A stretch of 64,000 bases of DNA from Hyalangium minutum. Its GTDB lineage: Bacteria > Myxococcota > Myxococcia > Myxococcales > Myxococcaceae. Below, in pieces: positions 1 through 8,903 of the stretch. The notes beneath the pieces are model-generated. The model did not search any database, was not told where the DNA came from, and saw only the letters and a program-made list of their open reading frames with translations. The DNA lies in assembly GCF_000737315.1 (NCBI RefSeq), contig NZ_JMCB01000010.1:62001-126000 (forward strand), written 5' to 3'. The position numbers and the translations under genes are program-made. The stretch's first letter is position 1. Each line of letters begins with the position of its first letter.

Positions 1-254
1 TCATTGCCGACCCAGCCGTACTTCGCGCCGATGCCCGCAGCTCCCTCGAAGGTGCGCTTCATGTTCGCATCCATGGCATCCCACGGAGACCACTCGTTCC
101 AGTGGTGGAAGTCATTCACCAGCGCGAACGCGAACTCCGGTGATGCCTGGATCTTGGCCGTGCGCTGCACGGTAAACGTGTCCGGACGGGTGGAGACGAA
201 GCCCACGAAACCGACGATGACGACACCGAGGCTAATGAGGATCTTCTTGAGCAT
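1..254 (-). CDS. SRPBCC/polyketide cyclase-like family protein, partial (runs off the left edge)
   Basis: Not in the ORF track. Manual translation from ATG 254: MLKKILISLGVVIVGFVGFVSTRPDTFTVQRTAKIQASPEFAFALVNDFHHWNEWSPWDAMD. N-terminal TM plus the F..W..WSPW pattern typical of SRPBCC proteins. Confidence 0.8.
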   Translation of the reverse strand, partial: MLKKILISLGVVIVGFVGFVSTRPDTFTVQRTAKIQASPEFAFALVNDFHHWNEWSPWDAMDANMKRTFEGAAGIGAKYGWVGN

Positions 255-487
255 GAGGGGTCCTTGAGTGAAGCGGGGCGCTGCGAGACGAGCGCGTCAT
301 ATGGCGATGAGCGCCCTACCCACAAGGGGGGGGCACCTGCACACCACCGAGAGGGGCGTGCTCGACCCACCGAGCTCCGCCAAGGCCCCTCCAGGGCGAT
401 ACAGGCCCCCCAAAGCCGACGGCCGGCCCCCCGTGAACGCCGCCAGAGGGTACGTGCCGAACATAGCGAGGCCGACACCCGCTCAGA

Positions 488-493
488 TAGTGT
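488..493 (+). promoter_or_regulatory. Candidate -10 box (TAGTGT) 6 nt upstream of ATG 500; possible leaderless transcript
   Basis: TANNNT hexamer, 6-nt spacer, no Shine-Dalgarno in the spacer. Confidence 0.4.
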
Positions 494-499
494 CCGTCC

Positions 500-1450
500 A
501 TGACGAAGGGCGTGAAGATCACCCTTGCAGTGACGGCGGCACTCGTCGGACTGAGCGTCACCTGCTGCTTCGGCACTCTGGCTCTTGGGCTTCTGGGCGG
601 CGAAGAGACTGCCCCAACGGGACCGCGCGCGATCGGAGGCGCAGGCTTCACCTTCGCGCCACCCGCGTCGTTCCAGAAGGCGGGCGAAGACCACTGGCGT
701 CGCGAGCAGCGTGACGACACCGAATTGTACTGGGTCGACGTGCGACGGCTGCCTCCCATCGCGGGGCTCGAGGGCGCCGACGAGAAGCTCTCTGCGCTGT
801 GGCTGAAGCTGCTCAGCGACGCCTATGAGCAGGTCCACGCACCGCTCGTGCAGCGTCGCTTCGTGTCCAACGGAGCCCGCGCGCACTTCGGCCGCGCGCG
901 GCTGCTGAGGCCTGGAAACCCCGAACCGGTGACAGTGAGCCTCTACCTCGTCGAGGCCGATGATCGCCTCGAGCCATTCCTCGTCGTGCAGGGCTGCGAC
1001 ACCACGGCGATGGGTTCCCAGATGATCATCCTCTTCTCCTTCCCGAGGACGCACGTCTTCGTCGAGGAGTTGCTCGCCACTGTCCAGGGCAGCCCCACCG
1101 GCGGGTCGCTCGCCTCCGATGATGAGGTGACTGGCCAGTTCGCGTTCGGCGACACCCATACCGCGCAGTGGATCAACACCGTCACCGGAGCGACCTCGAT
1201 GACCGCGGTGGCGCGCGCCGTCGACTTCACCTTCAACGACGACCACACCTACACGTACTCGTTCACTGGCGGCTCAGGGCAGGTCGGCGCCATCAAGTTC
1301 GGCACCGACAAGGACCAGGGCCACTGGAGGGTGGAGCATGACGTGCTGGTACTCACCGGCGAGAAGTCTACGCGGAAGTACTTCATCACTGGCGCCCCGC
1401 GCGGCCCCGACGGGCAGCAAGTGCTGCTGCTCCAGCCCGAGCCCACGTGA
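500..1450 (+). CDS. Hypothetical membrane-anchored/exported protein (316 aa)
   Basis: N-terminal hydrophobic segment, GC3-rich codons, beta-rich C-terminal region; no family recognised. Confidence 0.75.
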   Translation: MTKGVKITLAVTAALVGLSVTCCFGTLALGLLGGEETAPTGPRAIGGAGFTFAPPASFQKAGEDHWRREQRDDTELYWVDVRRLPPIAGLEGADEKLSALWLKLLSDAYEQVHAPLVQRRFVSNGARAHFGRARLLRPGNPEPVTVSLYLVEADDRLEPFLVVQGCDTTAMGSQMIILFSFPRTHVFVEELLATVQGSPTGGSLASDDEVTGQFAFGDTHTAQWINTVTGATSMTAVARAVDFTFNDDHTYTYSFTGGSGQVGAIKFGTDKDQGHWRVEHDVLVLTGEKSTRKYFITGAPRGPDGQQVLLLQPEPT

Positions 1451-1583
1451 TCCTTCTCGCCGAACGTGGAGAGCGAGGTCTATGTGAGGAAGTAGCCCAT
1501 CACCAACAGCCCCAGCAGTCCGGGGTGCTCGTACCTCTCTCTGCAGCCCCTGACTATGAATCAGGCCTGCCCTCCTTGGCCTG

Positions 1584-1841
1584 GTGCACGCAGAGGCGCA
1601 GCGGCTCGGGTGGCACGATCTCCGGCACAGCTTCGCGTCCCATCTCGTCATGCGCGGAGTGGCGCTCAAGGCCGTCCAGGAGCTGCTCGGCCACGCTACC
1701 ATCGACATGACCATGCGCTACGCGCACCTGAGCCCGGACGTGAAGCGGGATGCCGTGCACGTGCTCGACACGCCAAGCCCCGCCAGGGTCCATACGGGAC
1801 ACATGACGCCTGAAACGCCAGCGGCCGGAACCCTTTGTTGA
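1584..1841 (+). pseudogene. C-terminal remnant of a tyrosine recombinase (phage-type integrase)
   Basis: [40 protein letters not shown] contains H-x-x-R, LGH and the catalytic Tyr. The N-terminal part, including the box I Arg, is missing. Lies next to a tRNA 3' end. Confidence 0.85.
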
Positions 1842-1856
1842 AGGATTCCGGCCGCT
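1820..1856 (-). terminator. Hairpin downstream of tRNA-Gly, probable terminator
   Basis: 15-bp stem AGCGGCCGGAAUCCU/AGGGUUCCGGCCGCU with a 7-nt loop. The single mismatch is a G-U wobble only on the minus strand. U-tract is weak. Confidence 0.55.
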
Positions 1857-1870
1857 TGGACTTCTAAAAT

Positions 1871-1945
1871 TGGAGCGGGAAAAGGGATTTGAACCCTCGA
1901 CCCTCGCCTTGGCAAGGCGATGCTCTACCGCTGAGCTATTCCCGC
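1871..1945 (-). tRNA. tRNA-Gly (anticodon GCC)
   Basis: Reverse complement GCGGGAATAGCTCAGCGGTAGAGCATCGCCTTGCCAAGGCGAGGGTCGAGGGTTCAAATCCCTTTTCCCGCTCCA: cloverleaf, anticodon loop TTGCCAA, GTTCAAATC T-loop, encoded CCA. Confidence 0.97.
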
Positions 1946-2018
1946 ATCTGTCTGCCCCGCCGACTGCGTCGCCGCACCGTCGAAGCGAGGGCGGATATAC
2001 CGACCCGCCTCGGCACCG

Positions 2019-2699
2019 TCAAGCATTCTGTGCGTCGGTTCCTCCTCCTCGCCTGGCCAGCATGGAGAGGAACGCCCGGAAGTACACCACCGCGCTCCAC
2101 ACCGAGAATGCCCCCGACAGGTACACCAACACCTTCCCCACCTTGTTGTAGTCCACCGTCACCACCTCCCACCCCAAGTCCAACGGGTGAACGTAGTGAA
2201 CGCACAGTGAAATCACCCCCACCAGTTGGAGGCTCGTCTTCCACTTCCCCTCCTGCCCCGCCGCGATGACCATGCCCTCGCTCGCCGCGATGGTCCTCAG
2301 GCCGCTGACAATCAGCTCCCGCGCCAGCAGGACGATGACCACCCAGGCCGCAATCCGCCCCAGCCGCACCATCATCACCAGCGCAGCCATCACGATGAGC
2401 TTGTCGGCCAGTGGGTCCATGAACTTCCCCACCACCGTGATGAGGTTCCACTTGCGCGCCAGGTACCCGTCCACCACGTCCGTGATGGAGGCCACCGCGA
2501 ACACCACCGCCGCCATCAGCGAGTAGAACGGGTCCCCGTCGGACGTGAACACCACGAAGACGGGAATCAGCAGGATCCGCCCCAGCGTCAGCATGTTGGG
2601 CAGGTTCCAGAACTCCTGGACCAGCACGCTCGGCTTGCGCGAGGCCCGGCGCTTCGCCCGCTCCTCCTTCTTCCGCTGCTTCCTGGTCGCTCGGTCCAT
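2019..2699 (-). CDS. pgsA: CDP-diacylglycerol--glycerol-3-phosphate 3-phosphatidyltransferase
   Basis: NLPNMLTLGR, TDVVDGYLARK...GKFMDPLADK CDP-alcohol phosphotransferase motif; pgsA next to tRNA-Gly is a common arrangement. Confidence 0.95.
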   Translation of the reverse strand: MDRATRKQRKKEERAKRRASRKPSVLVQEFWNLPNMLTLGRILLIPVFVVFTSDGDPFYSLMAAVVFAVASITDVVDGYLARKWNLITVVGKFMDPLADKLIVMAALVMMVRLGRIAAWVVIVLLARELIVSGLRTIAASEGMVIAAGQEGKWKTSLQLVGVISLCVHYVHPLDLGWEVVTVDYNKVGKVLVYLSGAFSVWSAVVYFRAFLSMLARRGGGTDAQNA

Positions 2700-2711
2700 G
2701 GGCCCCCCGTT

Positions 2712-4793
2712 CTAGCGGACTGGGAGGCAGAGCAGGGCAAATCCTTCGCCGCTCAGCTCCACGGCTGTCTTCAAGATCTCACCTTCCGCCCCCTGCAGGA
2801 GCGAGACCACCCTCGGCGTCAGGCTCCCCTGCCACCCCACCAAGTGCGTCAACGGCACCGTGGCCGGCTCCTCCTGCGTCACCGGCACCGAGCGCAGTGG
2901 CCCCGCCAGGTTCAGCAGCACCTTCCCGTTGCCCCGCAGGTGCACCAGGTCCAGGTCCGGCGCCACGTCCGAGGGCACCCGGCCGTTCTCGAACATCACC
3001 GGCTCCTCGAAGGCGAACACGCACTCGTCCCGGAAGTACGCCGACTCGTCGCCGAGATCGATCGCCTGGAAGGTCCGTTTCTCCCCCGGCTCGATGAAGA
3101 GCGTCCCCCGCCCCGTGGCCCGCACCATCCGCGCGAAGCCGTCCCCAAAGGGCTTGTCCGTCATCCGCCCCCGGAACCGCTTCATCTCCGGCTGGAACAG
3201 CAGCTGTCCCGTGAAGGCCACCAGCCCCTCCAGCCGTGTGAGCAGTTCTCCCTCCACCCGCGCCGCCAGCCCTCCCGCGCCCACCGTGAAGGGAGTCTCC
3301 GCGTTGGCGCCTCCAAGAGCCATCGCCGGAGCGAACTCCCCCAGGAGCGGCACTTCCCCCTCTCGCCGGAAGCCCCGCCCTGCTGGGACCCGCCCGGCCC
3401 CCGGCTCAGGGGGCACCGAGACCACCGCCGCAGCAGGCACCTCGGCAGGCACAGGCGCCTGCGCCGAGACCTCGGACTCCTGAGCTTGCGGCGTCTCCGC
3501 AGCCACCTCCTCCACGAGCGGCTGCGGCGGAGCCTCCAGGGGCGCCTCCACCGAAGCTTCAGCAAGGGCTTCCACCGAAGCCTCAGCAGGAGCCTCCACC
3601 GGAGCAGCCGCCTCCGCGGCCACCTGCGTCCTGTCCGCAGGCTGCTCCTCGTGCTGCGCGATGGCGGCCAGATCCTCCGGGTTCTCGGGCTCCGCCGTCA
3701 GCTCCGGCAGCCCGTCCAGCGTGAGCTCCTCGATGGGCAGCACCGGCATCTCCGGCTCTGCCTCAAGAGGCGCTACTGGCGCCGGGGCCACGGATACCTC
3801 GGGCGGAACCTCCTCGGTGATGGGAAAATCCTCGGCCGCAGCCTGCGAGGACGCGTTGGAGGTGGCCACCACCGGGCCCTCGGCGCCGGAGAACTCCACC
3901 TCGGTCGCCTCGGGAATCTCGCTCGCCGAGGCGGAAACCCCATACGCCGAGCCCGCAGCCTGCGCCTCGGCAGCCGCTGCGTCCTCGGCCGGTTGCGACT
4001 CATCCAGCCCGAACTGCGCGCCCCAGTCCTCTTCGGCGGCCAGCGGCGCTGAGGGAGGAGGCTGCGGAGATGCCACCCCAGGCGCGGCCTCGGCCACCGG
4101 CTCCTGCGAAGGCTGAGACTCCACAGGCGCCACAGCCTGCGCAGGCTCCTCCTCCGTGACGGAGATCTCCTCGACTGGGGGAATCTGGGGTGGAGGCGGC
4201 GCCTCGCGCACCGGCGCCCCGCCCTGCTCCCGTCCGCCCTCGGAGCCCTCGAGCTCCGCGGAGCCTCGCGCCTTGGCCACCGGCGCCGGCGTGGGCCGGC
4301 TGAAGCCCTCGCCCGCGATGGTCCGCGCCATCTTCTCCGCCATGGCGTCGCTGCCGGCCAGCAGGAAGTGCTCGCGCGCCCGGCCGTACTCGCCTGCCTG
4401 CGCCAGCGCCAGCCCCAGGTAGTTGTGCGCCTTCTGGTGCTCGGGCGACAAGTCCACCGCCACCTCGAACTCGCGCACCGCGCGCTTCAGTGCGTTCGTC
4501 TTCAGGTACACGAGGCCCAGGTTCACCCGCAGCGTGGCGTCCACCGGGTTGTCGCGCACCAGCTGCTCATAGAGCTCGGCGGCCCGGTCGAACTGCCCCA
4601 GCTTGAAGTACGTCAGCCCGAGCAGGTTCTGCGCCTTCTCGTTCTTCGGCTGCATTGCGTAGGCGCGCTCGAGGAAATCCTTGGCCTCGATCACCTTGCC
4701 CGCAGCCAGCAGTTCCCCTCCCCGGTACAGGAGGTTCAGGAACTCGTCGTCAACGGGGGTCGTCTCCCGCCCCGTCGCTCGCGTCGTCGCCAT
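2712..4793 (-). CDS. TPR protein with a long acidic Ala/Glu/Pro linker and a C-terminal AIM24-like domain
   Basis: Probable start ATG 4793 (MATTRATG); the longer ORF to 4931 overlaps the SLT gene. TPR motifs (AQNLLGLTYFKLGQFDRA, AHNYLGLALAQAGEY), about 300 aa of low complexity, then a beta-rich AIM24-like C-terminus. Confidence 0.75.
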   Translation of the reverse strand: MATTRATGRETTPVDDEFLNLLYRGGELLAAGKVIEAKDFLERAYAMQPKNEKAQNLLGLTYFKLGQFDRAAELYEQLVRDNPVDATLRVNLGLVYLKTNALKRAVREFEVAVDLSPEHQKAHNYLGLALAQAGEYGRAREHFLLAGSDAMAEKMARTIAGEGFSRPTPAPVAKARGSAELEGSEGGREQGGAPVREAPPPPQIPPVEEISVTEEEPAQAVAPVESQPSQEPVAEAAPGVASPQPPPSAPLAAEEDWGAQFGLDESQPAEDAAAAEAQAAGSAYGVSASASEIPEATEVEFSGAEGPVVATSNASSQAAAEDFPITEEVPPEVSVAPAPVAPLEAEPEMPVLPIEELTLDGLPELTAEPENPEDLAAIAQHEEQPADRTQVAAEAAAPVEAPAEASVEALAEASVEAPLEAPPQPLVEEVAAETPQAQESEVSAQAPVPAEVPAAAVVSVPPEPGAGRVPAGRGFRREGEVPLLGEFAPAMALGGANAETPFTVGAGGLAARVEGELLTRLEGLVAFTGQLLFQPEMKRFRGRMTDKPFGDGFARMVRATGRGTLFIEPGEKRTFQAIDLGDESAYFRDECVFAFEEPVMFENGRVPSDVAPDLDLVHLRGNGKVLLNLAGPLRSVPVTQEEPATVPLTHLVGWQGSLTPRVVSLLQGAEGEILKTAVELSGEGFALLCLPVR
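3544..3615. repeat. Three imperfect 24-bp in-frame tandem repeats inside the linker
   Basis: gcctccaccgaagcttcagcaagg / gcttccaccgaagcctcagcagga / gcctccaccggagcagccgcctcc; encodes ...APVEAPAEASVEALAEASVEAP. Confidence 0.7.
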
Positions 4794-5433
4794 CGCTGCT
4801 CGCTTCGCGGGGCTCGTTCTGGGCGAGCCGCTCGCGCTCTTTGTAGTGGTAGTAGAGCTGGAGGACCTTGCGCACGTACTCCTGCGTCTCCTCGTACGGC
4901 GGGATGTTCCCCTTGTACTTGCGGACCGCATCCGGGCCCGCGTTGTACGCGGCGATCATCTTCACCATGTCCCCCTCGAACTGATTGGCGAGCACCCGCA
5001 GGTACCTCACCCCTCCTTCGATGTTCTCTTTCTCGTCGAAGATGTCCTTGACGTACATCTCCGTGGCCGTGGCGGGCATCAGCTGCATCAGCCCGCAGGC
5101 GCCCTTGGGAGACACGGCGTTCGCGTCGAAGTTGCTCTCCGCGTGCATGATGGCCCGCACCAGCGGAGCGGGGACCTTGTAGCGCTTGGAGGCGGTGACG
5201 ATGTGCGGATCCAGCCCCGAGGGGATGCTGGCACGGCCGCGCACCGGAGCTGCGGGGGCCTGGGCCGCGGTGAAGGTGCCCTTGAGCTTCTTGGCCCGCT
5301 TGCCCCCGGGCGGAGGCACGTTCGTATAGATGATGGTCCCGTCCTTCTCCACGTACCGGTAGATGCCCTCGGAGGCCGAGGCCGCCACGGGGAACATCAG
5401 CAGGGCTGTCAGGACGGCGAGGGTGGGACGCAT
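4750..5433 (-). CDS. Soluble lytic transglycosylase (DUF4124-like N-terminus plus SLT domain)
   Basis: Probable start ATG 5433 with a signal peptide. IYRYVEKDGTIIYTN; AIMHAESNFD (catalytic Glu), GACGLMQLMP, AAYNAG. Confidence 0.92.
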   Translation of the reverse strand: MRPTLAVLTALLMFPVAASASEGIYRYVEKDGTIIYTNVPPPGGKRAKKLKGTFTAAQAPAAPVRGRASIPSGLDPHIVTASKRYKVPAPLVRAIMHAESNFDANAVSPKGACGLMQLMPATATEMYVKDIFDEKENIEGGVRYLRVLANQFEGDMVKMIAAYNAGPDAVRKYKGNIPPYEETQEYVRKVLQLYYHYKERERLAQNEPREASSDGDDASDGAGDDPR

Positions 5434-5518
5434 CGGCCCCCAAACCTTAGACGGCCAGCCGAAAGTCCTCAAGAAAACGCCTTGTTTCCAGCACTTACAG
5501 CCATTAAGGCTGTGGGCC

Positions 5519-7108
5519 ATGCCCCAGCGCTTCGATTTTCTCGTTCTGGGGGGCGGCGTCGCCGGCCTCTCGTTCGCCCTCCAAGCAGCTCGGCACGGTT
5601 CGGTCGCCATTCTCACCAAGCGTGAGCGCTACGAGAGCAACACGCAATACGCCCAGGGGGGCATCGCCAGCGTGCTGGCCCCTACGGACACCTTCGAGTC
5701 CCACGTCGAGGACACCCTGGTGGCAGGCGCGGGCCTCAACCACCAGGACGCAGTGGAGGTGACGGTGCGCGAGGGGCCGGACCGCATCCGCGAGCTGGTG
5801 GCGCTCGGGGCGGAGTTCAACCGGAGCACCTCGGGCGAGTTCGACCTGACGCGCGAGGGTGGCCACTCCGCCCGGCGCATCATCCACGCCGGCGACATTA
5901 CAGGCCGCGAGGTGCAGCGCGCGCTCATCGCCGCGTGTGACGAGCAGAAGAACATCACCTTCTTCCAGAACACGGCGGCCATCGATCTGATCCTCGATCG
6001 GCGCCCGAGCCCGGGGCGGGCCAGCCGGTGCCTGGGCACCTACGCGCTGCTGGAGAACGGCCACATCGAGACGTTCCTGGGCAAGGTGACGGTGCTGGCC
6101 ACGGGCGGAGCAGGCAAGGTGTACCTGTACACCTCGAACCCGGACGTGGCGACGGGGGACGGGGTGGCCATGGCGTACCGGGCGGGCGCGCAGGTGGCCA
6201 ACATGGAGTTCTACCAGTTCCACCCCACGTGCCTGTACCACCCGGAGGCCAAGAGCTTCCTGATCAGCGAGGCCCTGCGCGGTGAGGGCGGCAAGCTGCG
6301 GCTGCGCAACGGGCAGGCGTTCATGGAGCGCTACCACCCGATGGGGGCGCTGGCGCCGCGCGATGTGGTGGCCCGCGCCATCGACGCGGAGCTCAAGCGC
6401 ACGGGCGATGACTGCGTCTTCCTGGACATGACGCACCTGGGCCGCGCCTTCCTCACCGAGCGCTTCCCCAACATCTACGCCACCTGCAAGGCCTTCAACA
6501 TCGACATGGCCGTGCAGCCCATCCCCGTGGTGCCCGCGGCCCACTACATGTGCGGCGGCGTGGTGACGGACTTGTCCGGCCGCACCTCGGTGGCGGGCCT
6601 GTACGCCATTGGCGAGGTGGCCTCCACGGGCCTGCACGGGGCCAACCGGCTGGCCTCGAACTCGCTGCTCGAGGGGCTGGTGTTCGGCCACCGGGCCGCC
6701 CAGGCGACGGCCGAGGAGATCCGCTCGCTCGGCGCGCCTCAGCAGGAGCCGCCGGAGTGGGATCCGGGCAGCGCGGTGGACTCGGACGAGAGCGTCGTCG
6801 TCACCCACAACTGGGACGAGATCCGCCGCCTCATGTGGAACTACGTGGGCATCGTCCGCACGGACAAGCGGCTGATGCGCGCCCGGCGCCGGCTGGATCT
6901 GCTGCGCGAGGAGATCCGCGACTACTACTGGCGCTTCAAGGTGACCCGGGACGTCATCGAGCTGCGCAACATCGCGGACGTGGCCCACCTCATCGTCGAC
7001 TGCGCCAGCCGCCGCAAGGAGAGCCGAGGCCTGCACTTCACGCTCGACTACCCGAACACGGATGATCACCACTGGAAGCGCGACACTGTCGTCTCCCGGG
7101 AGCTCTGA
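5519..7108 (+). CDS. nadB: L-aspartate oxidase
   Basis: Start ATG 5519 (MPQRFDFLVLGGGVAG); AQGGIA, REGGHSARRIIHAGD, QFHPT, HGANRLASNSLLE, ESRGLH. Confidence 0.97.
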   Translation: MPQRFDFLVLGGGVAGLSFALQAARHGSVAILTKRERYESNTQYAQGGIASVLAPTDTFESHVEDTLVAGAGLNHQDAVEVTVREGPDRIRELVALGAEFNRSTSGEFDLTREGGHSARRIIHAGDITGREVQRALIAACDEQKNITFFQNTAAIDLILDRRPSPGRASRCLGTYALLENGHIETFLGKVTVLATGGAGKVYLYTSNPDVATGDGVAMAYRAGAQVANMEFYQFHPTCLYHPEAKSFLISEALRGEGGKLRLRNGQAFMERYHPMGALAPRDVVARAIDAELKRTGDDCVFLDMTHLGRAFLTERFPNIYATCKAFNIDMAVQPIPVVPAAHYMCGGVVTDLSGRTSVAGLYAIGEVASTGLHGANRLASNSLLEGLVFGHRAAQATAEEIRSLGAPQQEPPEWDPGSAVDSDESVVVTHNWDEIRRLMWNYVGIVRTDKRLMRARRRLDLLREEIRDYYWRFKVTRDVIELRNIADVAHLIVDCASRRKESRGLHFTLDYPNTDDHHWKRDTVVSREL

Positions 7109-7114
7109 GGCCTG

Positions 7115-7858
7115 ATGGTCCGCGACCCTCGCATTCTTGACGATCCGTCTCCCTCTCCCGGGCCCGGGCAGCCTCCGCCAGAGCCCCAGGAGCCCCAGGA
7201 GCAGCCCCGGCAGCGCTGGCCGGTGGTGTGCGGCACGGTGCTGGTGGGCGCCGTCATCCTGTACTTCGCGGGCCGGGCCCAGATGCTGCCCGCGCTCTCC
7301 CAGAAGGCGGACGGGCTCGAGCTGGCTCGCCTGGGGATGCCGCTGGCGCTCTATGGGCCGCTCGTGCAGCAGGGCGAGTACTGGCGGATGCTCAGCTGCG
7401 TTTTCGCGCACGGCAGCCCCATCCACCTGCTCTTCAACATGTCCGTCGTCTACACGCTGGGCTTCATGCTGGAGCGTGCCATCGGCAGCTTGCGCTTCCT
7501 GGGCCTGTGCGCCGTCACGGCCCTGGGCTCCTCCGCCTTCGCCCTCATCTTCAACTTCGAGGTGCCCATGGTGGGGGCCTCGGGGATGATCCTCGGCTGG
7601 GCGGGGGCCATGCTCCCCATCGCCACCGATCAGGGCCGCAAGGAGCTGGGCGTGTGGCTGATCCAGGTGGTGGTCATCAGCCTGCTGCCCGGCGTGAGCT
7701 GGGCGGGGCACCTGGGCGGCTTCCTCTTCGGCCTGCCGTGTGGCGTGGCCCTGCGGCTGGGAGGGCCCGTCTACAACAAGGCGCTCCCGCTCATCCTCTT
7801 CATCACCGGCGTGGTGGCGGTGTTCGCCGCTCACCCGGAGCGTCACTGGGGGTTCTGA
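7115..7858 (+). CDS. Rhomboid family intramembrane serine protease
   Basis: EYWR, HLLFNM, GASG (catalytic Ser), SWAGHLGG (catalytic His). Confidence 0.92.
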   Translation: MVRDPRILDDPSPSPGPGQPPPEPQEPQEQPRQRWPVVCGTVLVGAVILYFAGRAQMLPALSQKADGLELARLGMPLALYGPLVQQGEYWRMLSCVFAHGSPIHLLFNMSVVYTLGFMLERAIGSLRFLGLCAVTALGSSAFALIFNFEVPMVGASGMILGWAGAMLPIATDQGRKELGVWLIQVVVISLLPGVSWAGHLGGFLFGLPCGVALRLGGPVYNKALPLILFITGVVAVFAAHPERHWGF

Positions 7859-7859
7859 C

Positions 7860-8453
7860 GTGGAACTGAAAACCGTCTGTGTCTTCTGCGGCTCCCGCCC
7901 GGGCGCCCGCCCCGAGTTCCTCGCCGCGGCCAAGGCGCTCGGCGAGGAGCTGGCACGCCGCAAGCTCACGCTCATCTATGGAGGCGCCAGTGTGGGCCTC
8001 ATGGGTGCCGTGGCGGATGCCACCCTGGCGGGTGGAGGCCGGGCGGTGGGCGTGCTCCCCGTCAGCCTGCAGCAGCGGGAGATTGGCCACGTGGGGCTGC
8101 ACGAGCTGCACCTGGTGAACTCCATGCACGAGCGCAAGGCGCTCATGGTCAAGCGCGCGGACGCCTTCATCGCCCTGCCCGGCGGCTTTGGCACCTTCGA
8201 CGAGCTGTTCGAGGTCATCACCTGGGGGCAGTTGGGCCTGCACACCAAACCCATTGGGCTCCTGGACGTGGGCGGCTACTTCCAGCCGCTGGTGTCCATG
8301 GTGCTCAGGGGCGTGGAGGACGGCTTCATCCCCGAGGCACAGGCCCGGCCCTACGCCGTGAGCGCCTCGGTGACCGAGCTCATGGACCGGCTCGCGGCCG
8401 GACCGACGATGCAGGTGACGGAGAAGTGGATTCGCCGGACCGACGAGACGTGA
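7860..8453 (+). CDS. LOG family nucleotide phosphoribohydrolase (TIGR00730-like)
   Basis: GTG 7860 start (MELKTVCVFCGS); YGGASVGLMG, SMHERK, PGGFGTFDE signature. Confidence 0.93.
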   Translation: MELKTVCVFCGSRPGARPEFLAAAKALGEELARRKLTLIYGGASVGLMGAVADATLAGGGRAVGVLPVSLQQREIGHVGLHELHLVNSMHERKALMVKRADAFIALPGGFGTFDELFEVITWGQLGLHTKPIGLLDVGGYFQPLVSMVLRGVEDGFIPEAQARPYAVSASVTELMDRLAAGPTMQVTEKWIRRTDET

Positions 8454-8468
8454 GACAGGGGGCCTGCC

Positions 8469-8881
8469 TCACAGCTCGAGTGGGTCTCCAGCCAACTTGA
8501 GTTCCTGCTTCAACCAGTCCTGCACAAGACGGGAGTACGTGTTCATGCACGTCGAGGAACTCTTGGCTGGGGCCCCACCTGAGACCATCACCCCTACCAA
8601 CTCGGGCCCACGGGAGGTCTCACGGATGCAGGCGCCCCCACTGTCCGCCGGCATCAGGTGAGAGCCTGGTCTTCCGAACTGAAACTTCTCCCTATCCACC
8701 GCAGTCACGGAGTTCGGCCCGAAGCGGCGCTCGCCGATTCGCTGACGGTCCTCCTCGAAGTAGCCATACCCCACAGGACACGGATTCTCTCCCCCTCCAC
8801 AGAGACCGGCTCATGGGCCAAGCGGCTGCCGCACGCCAGGAGCAACACCATGAGCACCAGAGACTCCCAGGAACCGTGCAT
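8469..8881 (-). pseudogene. Internally deleted, frameshifted trypsin-like protease paralog
   Basis: ATG 8881 frame gives a lipoprotein signal (LLLACGS) and then VEGERIRV. A shifted frame continues VGYGYFEEDR...RRFG...PADSGGACI...LVQDWLKQEL, collinear with the C-terminal half of the neighbouring protease. The His/Asp catalytic region is absent. Confidence 0.7.
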
Positions 8882-8903
8882 CGGGCCCCTCTCCTTCAGG
8901 AGG

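Noticed and set aside
254-2019. Further tRNAs (Cys, Leu) as in the enterobacterial pgsA-glyW-cysT-leuZ cluster
   Set aside because: No second cloverleaf or T-loop motif found by eye.
1870-2151. ORF MEREKGFEPSTLALARR
   Set aside because: It is the antisense translation of tRNA-Gly, a familiar annotation artefact.
3544-3615. 24-bp repeats as a CRISPR array
   Set aside because: They are contiguous, in-frame and degenerate, with no spacers and no cas genes. No CRISPR array was seen anywhere in the window.
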